Assembly: GCA_047967505.1 (NCBI GenBank)
Contig: CM106538.1
Strand: one strand, 5' to 3'
Origin: Dipteris shenzhenensis
Taxonomy: Eukaryota
DNA: 64,000 nucleotides
Each line of letters begins with the position of its first letter. Positions within the stretch are counted from its first letter, which is position 1. Positions 12,001 through 22,204 of this stretch are shown here, piece by piece. The position numbers and the translations under genes are program-made. The notes beneath the pieces are model-generated. The model was not told the DNA's origin. It worked only from the letters and a program-made list of their open reading frames with translations, and did no database searches.

Positions 12001-13728
12001 ATCTATGAGAAAGAGTTATTGGCTGTAATTCATGCCATCCATACTTGGAAACACTATCTTTTGGGTGCAGATTTTACTGTCAAAACAGATCACCAAAGTC
12101 TGAAATACTTTTTGACTCAGACCAAGCTTTCAGAGAAGCATATGAAATGGGCAAACATGCTGTCAATGTATCATTTTCAGATTGTCCATACTCCAGGGAT
12201 TCGGAACAGAGTGGCAGATGCCTTGTCCCGAAGACCCCAGGTCAATAATGTAACTATTGCTTATCATCAGGACCTGGAAAGCATGAGGGAACAATATGTT
12301 CATGATTCTGATTTTGGTGAAATTTTACAGCAGATGCAAGAAGGGCAATCCACCAGTCACTATTCCCTGAAAGATGGGTATTTAATGAAAGATGATTGCC
12401 TATGCATCACCCAGGAGATGAGGCAAAAGATTTTGGAGGAATGCCATGCACCTCCCTATGCTGGACACAGAGGAATTACAGCAACAACTCTAGCTCTAGA
12501 GAGGTATTTCTTTTGGCCAGGAATGCGGAAAGATATACATCAGTTTGTTACTGAATGCCTTACGTGTCAGAAAATGAAGTATGATAGACAGAAGGCACCT
12601 GGCCTACTTATGCCTCTTCCCGTGCCTCAGGCACCATGGGAAAATATTACAATGGACTTTATTTTTGATTTGCCGAGATCAAAGTCAGGGAATGATGGGA
12701 TTTGGACTATCATTGATAGATTCAGCAAGCAAGCTCATTTCCTTCCGGTTCGCAAAACCATAAAGGCAGATCATATGGCTAAGTTGTTTATGGCACAGAT
12801 CTTTAAACATCATGGTATGCCTAAGTCCATTGTTAGTGATCGAGATCCCAGAATGACCAGTCTATTCTGGAGAGCTTTATTTGATAACATGGGGACGAAT
12901 CTGAATTTTTCTTCTTCTTTCCATCCCCAGACAGATGGTCAAAGTGAAGTAGCAAATTCTACCATTTTGGATATGCTGAAATGCTACGTGGGTGACCAGA
13001 GTTCAGACTGGGAAAAGTACCTACCGTTAGTAGAGTTTGCTTACAATAATACAGTACATAGCTCTACAGGAAAAGCCCCTTTTGAAGTCATATATGGGAA
13101 GGTGATTTTGCCACCTATATTGAGGACTAAAGATGAAATATTTGCAGCTGATCAGTTTGTAAGAGACCTCCAGACAGCTTACAGCCAAGTCCGGACAGCA
13201 ATTGAAAGGTCTCAAGAGAAACATAAAAGGGCTGCAGATAAACATAGGAGACAGTTGGATCTCAAGGAAGGGGACTGGGTACTTTTAAAGTTTGAAAAAG
13301 CTAGGCTCCGCAAGTTTAAAGGCAAACAGAAAGTGTATGCAAAGTTATCTCCCAGATACTATGGCCCTTTCAGGGTTACAGAAAGAATAAATGAGGTTGC
13401 ATACAGATTAGCATTGCCAGAGCATTGGAGGATTCACAATGCATTCCATGTGAGTCTTCTAAAGAAATTTCAAGGACCAGAGCCTACAGAACCAGTATCA
13501 GAGGATCCACCAGAAGTGGATGAGCTGGAGGAAGTCCTTCAGCCAGAGCAAATTGTGTACCATACTGTACGTAAAGGCCCTCAGGGTAAGGAATTTTACA
13601 GGTATCTTGTAAAATTCAAGAATTATACGGCATTAGATGCCAAGTGGATGGACGAAGACATGTTATCCGATCATCCACAGCTTTTGGATGTTTACAAGGA
13701 AGCTTTTCAGTTGAGGTCAACTGAATAG
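9064..13728 (+). CDS. gag-pol: Gypsy gag-pol polyprotein, 1554 aa: capsid, CCHC knuckle, aspartic protease, RT, RNase H, integrase, chromodomain
   Basis: [28 protein letters not shown]...[24 protein letters not shown]...[12 protein letters not shown]...[15 protein letters not shown]...YEKELLAV...TDHQSL...ADALSR; H-x6-H...CLTC, MDFI...SDRD...[27 protein letters not shown]. Confidence 0.98.
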   Translation: MDQSPIQWDSQDRDEHPRQRNVLQTQQEFEQMVRTRIQELENLKRDPRAQHLFPAEAMPDPVYDVPMPEAHSRVQSERERSHRSHRRRSHSKKRSRHRHRSPSPSPSTSSSTSVSSSSLSDKPSRKRRKREKSGKRKSSKATKEFKEGGKSVKFMTYNGQYGHTDKALQFIRQFDAAFGTEKFSESSKLRMVSLHLTATASAWWSALTTDGSAPRKWKGFKKAFYQQFMPKQFRDHVLQDWDSLHMDAGDTVDGYNQKFWDAYLQVAPFKKISKGTQMRKYRAGLTPRIQAVVNALGAKNIQDLMHSASVASLVPLQDPSTVPSLHAGRADKKKSDFQKSEKKESPKAEKKGFQSQKPRGTQFSKTYKGKSTFTPEQIAEFRRDGKCFRCGKEGHVAAQCPEKPSSSKGKEAEKPRGPQKPMAGGIPDILGHALNPEERELLLSWGKVRDQQALILFDPGATDNFISEDLALRLGIKTEELGRALDADQMFCGNPVPVTPLIGKLRLHIQSYVDQEDFFISPLKHYDVVLGMPWFHRKAVKLTLPERVLEFVHRGKNQRVIARNKGDTIPIVSDVSCSKAIKSAISAYMVFVKEKETDMHAEMDDADKDRFQFLVNFKDCFSDVLPGELPPERPEDHQIELMPGSEPPNRPPYRVSATQREEIMAQVQDLLSKGLIQPSSSPFCSPVLLVQKKDGSFRMCVDYRALNKMTIKNRFPIPRIDDVLDQLNGASVFSRIDLKSGYHQVRIQPQDVHKTAFRTTFGLYEYLVMPFGLTNAPATFNRMMDRIFRKYRHFTGTFFDDILVFSKTEEEHREHLAIVFQELRNHQLYANSKKSEFFLEEIHYLGHIISKNGIQMDPAKIRAIQEWPELKTVHEVRSFLGLCSYYRRFIRHFADIAAPLHDLTKKNAAFTWGLSQKKAFNTLKEKLTTEPILVVPDLYQSFDVDCDACGECVGAALHQNGHVVAYESRRLRDAERYLGIYEKELLAVIHAIHTWKHYLLGADFTVKTDHQSLKYFLTQTKLSEKHMKWANMLSMYHFQIVHTPGIRNRVADALSRRPQVNNVTIAYHQDLESMREQYVHDSDFGEILQQMQEGQSTSHYSLKDGYLMKDDCLCITQEMRQKILEECHAPPYAGHRGITATTLALERYFFWPGMRKDIHQFVTECLTCQKMKYDRQKAPGLLMPLPVPQAPWENITMDFIFDLPRSKSGNDGIWTIIDRFSKQAHFLPVRKTIKADHMAKLFMAQIFKHHGMPKSIVSDRDPRMTSLFWRALFDNMGTNLNFSSSFHPQTDGQSEVANSTILDMLKCYVGDQSSDWEKYLPLVEFAYNNTVHSSTGKAPFEVIYGKVILPPILRTKDEIFAADQFVRDLQTAYSQVRTAIERSQEKHKRAADKHRRQLDLKEGDWVLLKFEKARLRKFKGKQKVYAKLSPRYYGPFRVTERINEVAYRLALPEHWRIHNAFHVSLLKKFQGPEPTEPVSEDPPEVDELEEVLQPEQIVYHTVRKGPQGKEFYRYLVKFKNYTALDAKWMDEDMLSDHPQLLDVYKEAFQLRSTE

Positions 13729-13740
13729 AAGCCGAGGGGA
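13727..13740 (+). promoter_or_regulatory. Polypurine tract
   Basis: AGAAGCCGAGGGGA immediately before the 3' LTR TG. Confidence 0.85.
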
Positions 13741-14721
13741 TGTCACCACAATGTAAATATCCTAAGTCAAAGTACAGTTGACCATTTATTTGATCTTAAT
13801 TAAAGAATGTTATATGTGTTAATTACGGTCAAAGAGTTATTTTAATGGTCAAAGGATTGACTACGGTCAAAGATACTTGACTCCAGTCAAGTAAACCTGA
13901 CTACGGTCAGAGAATGTTGACTTTGGTCAACAAGACTTGGCATGCGCCAAGAGGGTTAACCCCGGTTAACCAAGATGTGCCAACTCCGGTTGGAGAGACT
14001 TGGCTATAATTAAAGCGCCTCGACCTTTGGTCGAAGCTCTTTAATTATAATCAAGAGTGTTGACCTCGGTCAACCAGAGAAAATATATATATATATTTGT
14101 TTAGATGTGCACATGTGTTCAGTGGGGACGCCCACCGTGACTAGGATTAGTCCACAGTGTGTTATTTGCATGCAAAGCGCTAACAATTAATGGGTACCAT
14201 GGTGGTGCGCTTTAATTAATTGTTGCAGGTACTAGGAAGGATTATTTTCCTAAGCGAGATGGGAGCCTGACAAGCACCTAGGAAGCGGTTCGTGTGACCG
14301 AGAGCCTGGAAGACTCCAGAATGGCCCTATGTGGCTTGTAATAAGAGTTAGTCTAGATTTTAGACAAGTGGCATGTTGCCAATTTGAATGGGGCTAGAAG
14401 CTCTTGTAAAAAAGAGAGTTCTTTTGACGTTTTATGAGAGAGAGTTACGAGACAGCTTGAAGCTGAACTTTTGTAACAGTTTTTCAAAAAGTAATAAAGA
14501 CCTTCGGGGGGGTCCAGCCCGACAGTTTGTCCTGGGCCCTAGTGTATGTCCAGAGAGAGAGAGTGAGGGAGAGCTTTTGGAGAGTAAATTTCCGTCGTGG
14601 AAATAAAGACAAAGCTGTTTCGTCAGTTTGCGTTGTATAAGCCATAGCAGTTTATCTACTCCCGGTGCTGTATCGTAAAGAGGGAGAGCTGTGGACAGTT
14701 TTTAATTTACTCCAGGTTGTA
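13741..14721 (+). repeat. 3' LTR (981 bp), TG...TA
   Basis: Same sequence as 5' LTR by eye except it lacks 16 nt (TTATTTATATATATAT) in the AT microsatellite. Confidence 0.97.
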
Positions 14722-14726
14722 GCTTT

Positions 14727-15117
14727 CCTCAGGGGAGACCAACAGAGACAAGGGGCCACCCTAGACATAGCCTAGAGAGTCCAGAGAGCGAGGAGACGAC
14801 GTCCCCCACCGCAGCATGAGACAGCTCGACAGACGCAGATACAAGACATCTTCGCAGCCCACCAGAGAGCCATCACTATACCAGGCTTCGGTTTCATCCT
14901 AGCACCTGGATAGATTTGATATGGCCCACTCTACGGTTGTAGTTGACTTTTTTTCTATGATTATGATTCTATTAGCATAGATTAATACTCAGCAAGGGTC
15001 CTAGCATACACTTTGCTTCAGCCCACTGAGGCTTGTATGAGTTCGCTTTTCTGTGTACTTTGTCCCATAGGCCCATGAGGCCTCCCATGGACGTTAATAT
15101 ATCTTTCTTTCTTTCTT
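14727..15117 (+). mobile_element. RTE-X/CR1-like LINE, right part with 3' terminus and (CTTT)n tail
   Basis: RQTQIQDIF tail peptide, GTCCCATAGGCCCATGAGGCCT...GACGTTAATA, (CTTT)n; short TSD TCTAA (5732-5736 / 15118-15122). Confidence 0.88.
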
Positions 15118-15345
15118 TCTAAATGATTGTCAAGGTAGATGGTTGATCATCCAATGTCTTATACAGGGGGAAGTTTTTGAGTTTGCTTCAGTTTATGCGC
15201 CACAATCCTCTCGTAGCAGAGGTTTGTTATCCCTGGAAACAACATGCATTTATTTGTGGAGATTTTCATAATGCTCCTCAACTAGGTGATAACACATCTG
15301 GTCATACTCATATGTTAGCATCTGAGCGTCAGCATTGGCCATGCA
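15118..15345 (+). mobile_element. L1 APE endonuclease, continuation of 4680-5736
   Basis: NDCQGRWLIIQCLIQGEVFEFASVYAP...FICGDFHN. Confidence 0.8.
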
Positions 15346-15349
15346 CTGA

Positions 15350-15872
15350 TCAGAGTGATGTAGTACCTAGCAGAAGTACAACAAATGCCAAAAGAAAGAT
15401 TGCCACATAGAGCATGGATTGCTAGTATGAAACTTCAGAAGAATCATAAAAGCAAGATCATTTGCACAGGATGGGGGACAGATATAAGGAAATGGTTCAG
15501 CAGATGGAAAGTGGAATCATACCTGACTATGCCCCTTGAAAAGGTCAAGATTCAAGAATTCCAGTTGTCCCTACTTTGCACTCTACAAACCCAATGGTTG
15601 ACAGCAGAAAAGAGGACCAAGCTAGAATACTATCAAGATCAGATAAATCCTTTATGCTGGTCATCTTTCATGACACCAGATGCCCCTGCTCAGCCATACA
15701 TCAGTACTCCCATACCTCTCTCTTCTCTATCGCAAGAATATTGCCAAATTCCGCACATGGTCACATACCTTGGCAATAGAGACAGGAGCTTGGCTAAATC
15801 TGCCGCGACATGTCAGAGTTTGCAGATTCTATGATTCGCAGACAGTAGAGATAGAGGCACATAAAGCCCTAC
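15350..15872 (+). mobile_element. LINE ORF2 C-terminal fragment, second RTE-X/CR1-like family
   Basis: IAKFRTWSHTLAIETGAW...RVCRFY...VEIEAH pattern, frameshifted. Confidence 0.65.
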
Positions 15873-16420
15873 TGTAGGATCGATAAGCAAAAGAGTCGAT
15901 AGATACAGCCGTCACGTCAACTGAGTTGTAATAGAAAAGGAAAGGTACAAAGTACTATGTACGTAGACCCTAGGACTAAGTGTCCTAGGTGTCACATAGG
16001 ACTAAGTGTCCTAAGTGGCCTAAAAGGCACTAAAACTATAAGAGCCTATATCTATGCCTACAAGGCACATACCATGGCCTATAGGGCATCACTAGGACCA
16101 CCAGAAGATGGCCTACAACCCCCCCTCCATGGGATGGGCTGAAGTATCCTGGAAACTGTAGGCCATCTCCTGGTAGTTCTAGTGATGCCCTATAGGCCAT
16201 GGTATGTGCCTTGTAGGCATAAATATAGGCACTTGTAGTGTAGTGCCTTTTAGGCCACATAGGACACTTAGTCCTATGTGACACCTAGGACACTTAGTCC
16301 TAGGTCTAGGTACAAGTACTTTGTACTCTTTCTTTTCTATTATCCTAGTTTTGACGTGACGGCGTTTCTCATCGACCCTTGTACCTTGTACGTGCTCTCT
16401 TTTGTCTACGTGACCCTTCA
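15873..16420 (+). repeat. Copia 5' LTR (548 bp) built from a long inverted repeat
   Basis: TGTAGG...CCTTCA; arms ~15891-16117 and ~16157-16380 are reverse complements. Confidence 0.88.
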
Positions 16421-17585
16421 GTGGTATCAGAGCCCAGATCTGCTTCCTGCGCCTCTTTTCTATATTGTCCATACAACTGTACAGACGTCCGTACAGATAC
16501 GTACGGATCCCGTGCGTTTCCTCCAGCTGCTGTCCAAGGCTTCCAGTGTTTTTTCGTCACCACAAAGCGCCTCATTGCTGTTCCCATACTGAGGCGACTG
16601 CTTGTAGGCTTCAGCTGTAGCATTTTCGAGGTCCTCCATAGTACCCGTGACCATTTGTCGTCACCTTTGTACTGTTGTTCTAGACGCCTATCTCCCGCGA
16701 CTTTAACCAGACCCAGATCTAGGCGCCTAGCTCCCGTGACCTCTCCACAGTCATCTACTGAAGACGTTCTGCTATCGCAACCTGTTCAGAGCCCTCCAAA
16801 GGAGATACTACCAGCCACGCACTAAGTTCGAGGTGTCTAAGGGCTGTTCCAGCTACGCTCCAGCTGTCTTTTGCACTTCAACCTGCTGCAGCAGCTTCGT
16901 GGTTTGTTATACTCTACCTACAGAGGCCTTTTGAGTCTCAGTCCTAATCTCAAAGGACCAGAAGCTGATTCACAAGTAACATTTGCAGTATTTTACTGTT
17001 TTTTGACAGTTTTTACTGTCAAACCCTAATTTCCAACAGAAAAATTTAGGGGTTTTGACATTTGGACCTTCAACCTGTCAATACAATACTTTGGACAAGG
17101 TTGACAACTGAAATCCTTCCAAAAATTGAAGTTTCAGTTAATTTCAGGTTCAGGACTGTCACATTGTGCCACGTCATCACTCAGGTCAACAAAATTTGGG
17201 TTTTTTGTGTTGGGAGCTCAATTTCAACTGGTGTTTGGGACAGTAACTCATATTTTTGCAGTTTCAAGCCTTGAGGCTATACATTGGGTCAGATTATCAT
17301 ACATTGGGTCACATTTGCAAAAATTTCAGCAAAATTTGCGGCTTTTCTGCATTTGCCCTCTTTTTGGCCTATTTGCCCTCATTAAATTTGGGGCTTTTGC
17401 CAGATTTGCTGTTTTTGCAGTGAACATTGCTTGCCACAGTCACATTTGGGTCAGATCTGCATTTGCCCTTTGATTTGGGTCGGAAATTTGCAGATATTTG
17501 CTGTCATTTTTGGACAGCCAGCTTTTGCATTGATAGCCTTGAGGCTTTTGGGTTTTCAGGTCTCTTTCAGGGTATCACATTTGCT

Positions 17586-18584
17586 ATGGTTGGAAACAAT
17601 CAAGATCTATTTGGCGTTCTTCGTGAAGATGATAAGTTGGATGGCACCAACTATCCGATGTGGTCTTATCTCATGAAACATATTCTTGTTGCAAAGCATT
17701 TGTGGAATATTGTTTCTGGGGTTGATCTGAGGCCAGCCAATGCTATAGTGGTTGCCTCTATTGCTGGTCCCTCTGCAGGGGGTACTCCTCCTGATGCCTC
17801 ATCTTCTAGCACTCCTGCTACTACTCTTCCAACTCAGGAACAGACAAGATGGGATGCAAGAGATGCAAATGCACATTCATGTATTGCTTTATCATGCAAG
17901 AGAATCATTATTCCACACATCCGGTCTTGCAGGACAGCAAAGGATGCTTGGGACAAATTGGCTTCTCTCTATCAGATTCGAAATGAAGCACGTGTTGCAT
18001 ATTTGAGAAGGCAATTACAGGAAGTCAGTATGAATGAAGGTGACTCCATGGATGCATACCTGACAAAGGTCAAGGACCTCATGGAACAACTTGCCAACAT
18101 TGATGAGGTGGTGCCAAATTCACAGCTTGTCAGTACCACATTGAATGGACTGCCAGATACATATCAAGGGTTTGCTACAATCCTTCGATTAGTGGCCATG
18201 GGTAATCCAAACCACTATTCTTTTGATCAGCTAGTTACTTTGCTTTTGCAGGAAGAGCAAAGTAGAGCTAATAGACAAGCCATTATTCCTGATCATGCAT
18301 TTGCTTCACAGCATACAGGAAGAGGCAAGGCTTCCAAGCCCATGGGTAAGCCAAAATCTGCGCATAGCAGCTGCAATTCCTCCCATGCATCTAAAAATAC
18401 AGCAGATAAGTCAAAGAAGAAAAGATGCAACTATTGTTGCAAGCCTGGACATGACATTTCAGAATGCAGGAAGCGCATTGCTTCGGAAAAAAAGAAAGCA
18501 GGATTGACAGTTAATGCCTCACATGCTATTGAATCTCATGAGCCAGCAGATGCTTCACATGCACATGCTCTTCAGGATGATTAG
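17586..18584 (+). pseudogene. gag: Copia gag (UBN2-type) with CCHC knuckle; premature TAG before protease
   Basis: MVGNNQDLFG...KLDGTNYPMW...TAKDAWDKL...LNGLP...CNYCCKPGHDISEC; in-frame continuation after the stop gives WYFDSGAS. Confidence 0.9.
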
Positions 18585-19399
18585 GCATGGGCTGTCCATT
18601 GCTCATTTGATCCCTCCAAAGCTGATGCATTCTTTACTGCTAATGATGCTCAGTCCTGGTACTTTGATAGTGGTGCTTCCAAGCATGTCACATCTTGCAG
18701 ACAGTTGTTCATTCTTTAGCTGATGCACCTCGAGGGGGGACTGTCACATGTGCTAATAATGCTTCATATGCTGTAAAAGGAATTGGAGATGTGCAGCTCA
18801 CATCCATTTCAAGCCATCCTGTCACTCTGACAAATGCTATTTTTGTGCCTGGAATTGAAGTCAACTTGATTTAAATTTCAGCAATTGCCACTTCAGGTTT
18901 CAGAGTTATTTTTGATGGCTACAGATGCCTAGTTTATGATCTTCGTGAGGACAATGCCATAATTCTCACTGGCACCTTGCAAAAAGGGCTTTATCACCTT
19001 GATCATCACTCAGCTGCACTTTCTATTGAAGAATTGTCTATTTCAGATTCACAGCTTGCTGAAACTCATCTTTGGCATGAGAGAATGGGCCATCTCAATT
19101 ATAGAGCTCTTGCAAAGCTACATTCACAGTAGATGGCAAATGATGTACCTCAAACTCACACAGTTTCCAAACATGTGCGTGAGGGTTGTCTTTTAGGTAA
19201 GATGCATCGATTTCCTTTTTAAAAGAATTGTCCAAAACTCTCACAAAGGAAATTGCAGCTAGTGCACAGTGATGTATGTGGCCCAATGAGGACAAATGCC
19301 ATTGGGGGGTACAAGTATTTCATGACTCTCATCGATGATTTCACAAGATATTGCTGGATATATCCTTTAAAAGCCAAATCTGAAGTTTTCTTGTGTTTC

Positions 19400-20686
19400 T
19401 GCTGCTCATCTTCGTCGTTGGGTTAAAACTGCAGTGGGTCCGGATTGTATTTCCTCCTTTGTCTTCATGTGCAAAGGGTTTTATTATGCCCACTGTTCTT
19501 CGACTAATGTGGTGGAGCGGCTTGTCAGTCATGCTGGTGTTCCTGGGGCTGGTTTCTTTGCTTATGTGATGCCCTGGGATCCACTTTTCGATCCTTCTAC
19601 TACCCTTTTGACACACTGTCCAGTCTGGATTACTCTCAAAGCGCTACCTTTGCCTCTTCTTCAGCATCTTCCTACTCTTGTAGCGCTTTTGGGGAGGCCT
19701 CTTCATGTTCCGCGGCAGGAGTTCTTGCAAGCTTCCTGTGATGTTCGCCTTTGCGTTTTGTGGGATATGATGCAGCCCGTGCCATCTACTCTGGATCTTG
19801 ATTTGGGATTTGCCCATCCGATGCGCATCAGGCTGCATTTTGCATCTTTTCCCACTGTATGTTATCGGTGCCGTCAGGTTGGTCATTTTGCACGTGATTG
19901 CCCTTCTGCATCCAGGCCCTCTCCTCCTGCTCCTTCTTCAGCTGTCAAGGTTACTCTCCCTTCTCCTCCGATTTCTGCTATGGCTTCATTGGAGAAGCCT
20001 TCTTCTACTGCTCCGAAGCACTACTGGAGGAAGGTAGATAAATCACAGGTCAATCTTTCTCTTGCTGAAGAAGCTCCGGATCGTACCCCTGTTTAGCACC
20101 CTCAGTCTCCTTCTCCTCAGGATATGGATGTGCCCCTTGCAGAGGGGATTTTACAGGATGATCCGCATGCTCTCTCTCAAGTTGCTATCCTGACTGAAGC
20201 TGACATGATGAGTCGTGATTTATCTGATGGAGCTCTTTCGTCAGATGCTCCTTCTTCAGAGAGTACAGATATTGATCTAATTCCTATGTCTGTGAAGACT
20301 CTATCAGAGTCTCTTTCTGTTCACGATGCAGATGTTTCTTTTTCTCTGGAGTCTTTTCATCGTATGTTGCAGCAGGTTTTTGACCCTATGATTCGAAAAT
20401 TCCGGCTTCCAGCTTATATTAAGAAGAATCACAAGGGCCAAAAACAGCTAGTTTTTATTGATGGTGTAGTTTCTTCACTGCATCAATTTTTACAAAGTAA
20501 CAATCTGAAATTGGAGGATTTTGTGTTTGATCCTCCTCCAGTTTGATCTTGTAACTTTTTACTTGGCTGCCTCATGACTTTTGCTCTAAGGCTTTACTTG
20601 TAAATTTTTTCTTTGTACTTATTGGTGGGTTTTTATCTCTTTTTGGGGTTTCCCACACAGAAACAAAAGATTTCACAAAAAAAAAA
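19400..20686 (+). mobile_element. L1-clade ORF1 (DUF4283-like + zinc knuckle) followed directly by 3' UTR and poly(A); 5'-truncated
   Basis: KGFY...PWDPLFDP...PVWITLKALP...CYRCRQVGHFARDC; ORFs 19434-20096 and 20124-20546 share a frame; TTTCAC(A)10 at 20671-20686. Confidence 0.8.
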
Positions 20687-20854
20687 GTGTGTGTGTGTGT
20701 GTCCATGCGTGGGTGCATGTGTGTGCGTGCATCTCTGTGTGTGTGAGAGAGAGAGAGAGAGAGATCTCGAGCACTGCCCTGTTGTAAAATGGATGTTTCA
20801 TAATATAATGTTCTTAGTTTCACAAAAAAAAAAAAAAAGTGTGTGTGAGAGAGG

Positions 20855-20891
<37 letters not shown>
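20687..20891. repeat. (GT)n/(GA)n microsatellite cluster containing a second short poly(A)-tailed fragment
   Basis: GT and GA runs at 20687-20764 and 20839-20891; TTTCAC(A)15 at 20818-20838. Confidence 0.85.
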
Positions 20892-20894
<3 letters not shown>

Positions 20895-21170
20895 ATTAAA
20901 GTCTTCGAAAGACCAATGGGTCTATGAGACTGTAAGAAACCAATATAAAACAAGCTGAAAGGGTGGAGCTACTAACAGAGCATCAACACCCATACTACAA
21001 ACTACATGCCACATAGTCATGAGAACATCAATACAAAGCCAAAACATAATGTCCATATCAGTATGACCCTCATCATCACCATGATCATCATCTATCATCA
21101 AGGTACAAGCAGAATCCAGCTCCACATCTTAAAGGACCCAACACCTGATGGGATAGCAGTAGCATAAAGC

Positions 21171-21173
<3 letters not shown>
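20892..21173 (-). mobile_element. LINE 3'-end fragment
   Basis: Minus strand CTCATAGACCCATTGGTCTTTCGAAGACTTTAATAAA(CT)n. Confidence 0.75.
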
Positions 21174-21208
<35 letters not shown>

Positions 21209-21211
<3 letters not shown>

Positions 21212-22066
21212 ACGTCTTCAGGAGGCCTCACGGGCCTATGAGACAAAGTGCAAAACCAAAAGCTAACTCATACAAGCCACTATGGGCTGAAGCAAAGGGC
21301 TTACTAAGGCCCTTGCTGAAATCTAAAGTGCTAAACTAGTAAGCAAAATAGTAGAGTAGCAATATAGCATAAGAGTATTAGGTGCTCAGAGCTAACGCTC
21401 CTAGTACATGCCTAGGCTCCATATATCCAGGTACCCTGGTGGCACTCTGATGGGATGTGAGTAGCTCTCGTATCTGCGTCTGTCGAGTTGTCTCTGGATG
21501 TGGTGGAGGGCGTGGTCTCCTCGATCTCTGTATCTGATGGGCTACGTCAAGGGTGACGCCTTGTCTCTGGCGGTCTCCTTTGAGGAGGGCTGAAATAGAC
21601 CGGACCTCAATCGTGCGTGCTCTGGTCACTCTAGTGTGGAGTGTGTGCCTCTCGTCTAGCAGCATCGTGGCGGAGACTCTCACTGCTAATCCATGATGCT
21701 CTCATTCCATCAACCTCCTCTCCCTTAGCCTCCCCGTAGTTGACTCAGATACATAGAAATCTGTAACACGTGTCTGTGCTCTGTCGATCTCGGGGATCTG
21801 TGGCATCGCCCCCTGTTGCTCTCTGGTCTGTCGCATCAGTATATCTCTTTGTCGTCGCATCTCAATCAAATAGAGCCCAACACAAACCCGGTCGGGAAAA
21901 TAGATCAACCGTGTAAGTGGACCAAAGCCACGCCTCTCCTGAAAGAGGCAGTGATATCGCCCTCTGATCTCATAGTAGACTGGGCAGACACATAGAAAGT
22001 GCTCCTCTGTCTCGACCTCCCCATTTGGTAGTGTCTGCAGATCCTTTGCTCTCTTGGCGGTCTCCT

Positions 22067-22067
<1 letters not shown>
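21209..22067 (-). mobile_element. 5'-truncated RTE-X/CR1-like LINE (CCHC, C-tail, 3' end)
   Basis: REQRIC...EEHFLCVCPVYYEIRGRYHCLF, QTRVTDFY; 3' end CTCATAGGCCCGTGAGGCCT...GTTAAT(CT)n; flanked by (GA)n on both sides. Confidence 0.88.
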
Positions 22068-22101
<34 letters not shown>

Positions 22102-22204
22102 TATTAACGTCCACAGGAGACCAAGAGATCTATGGGACAACATGAACTAGTACATCAGCTTTGGGAGAGCACAGGACGGCTCCTAGGGAGTGCAGAGGCA
22201 GCTC

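Larger units (their letters stand above)
6654..14721 (+). mobile_element. Full-length Ty3/Gypsy chromovirus LTR retrotransposon (Tcn1-like by inference), apparently intact
   Basis: Two ~1-kb direct repeats, TSD GCTTT (6649-6653 and 14722-14726), PBS-Met, PPT, single uninterrupted gag-PR-RT-RH-INT-chromo ORF. Confidence 0.98.
15873..19400 (+). mobile_element. Ty1/Copia element, 5' half (LTR, PBS, gag, PR, start of INT), decayed and truncated
   Basis: TG...CA LTR, PBS 16422-16433, gag ORF, WYFDSGASKH protease, LWHERMGH...[17 protein letters not shown]...[14 protein letters not shown] integrase; several stops. Confidence 0.93.

Noticed and set aside
18582-18584. TAG between Copia gag and protease as programmed read-through
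   Set aside because: Further stops and a frameshift follow in pol; ordinary C>T decay is simpler.
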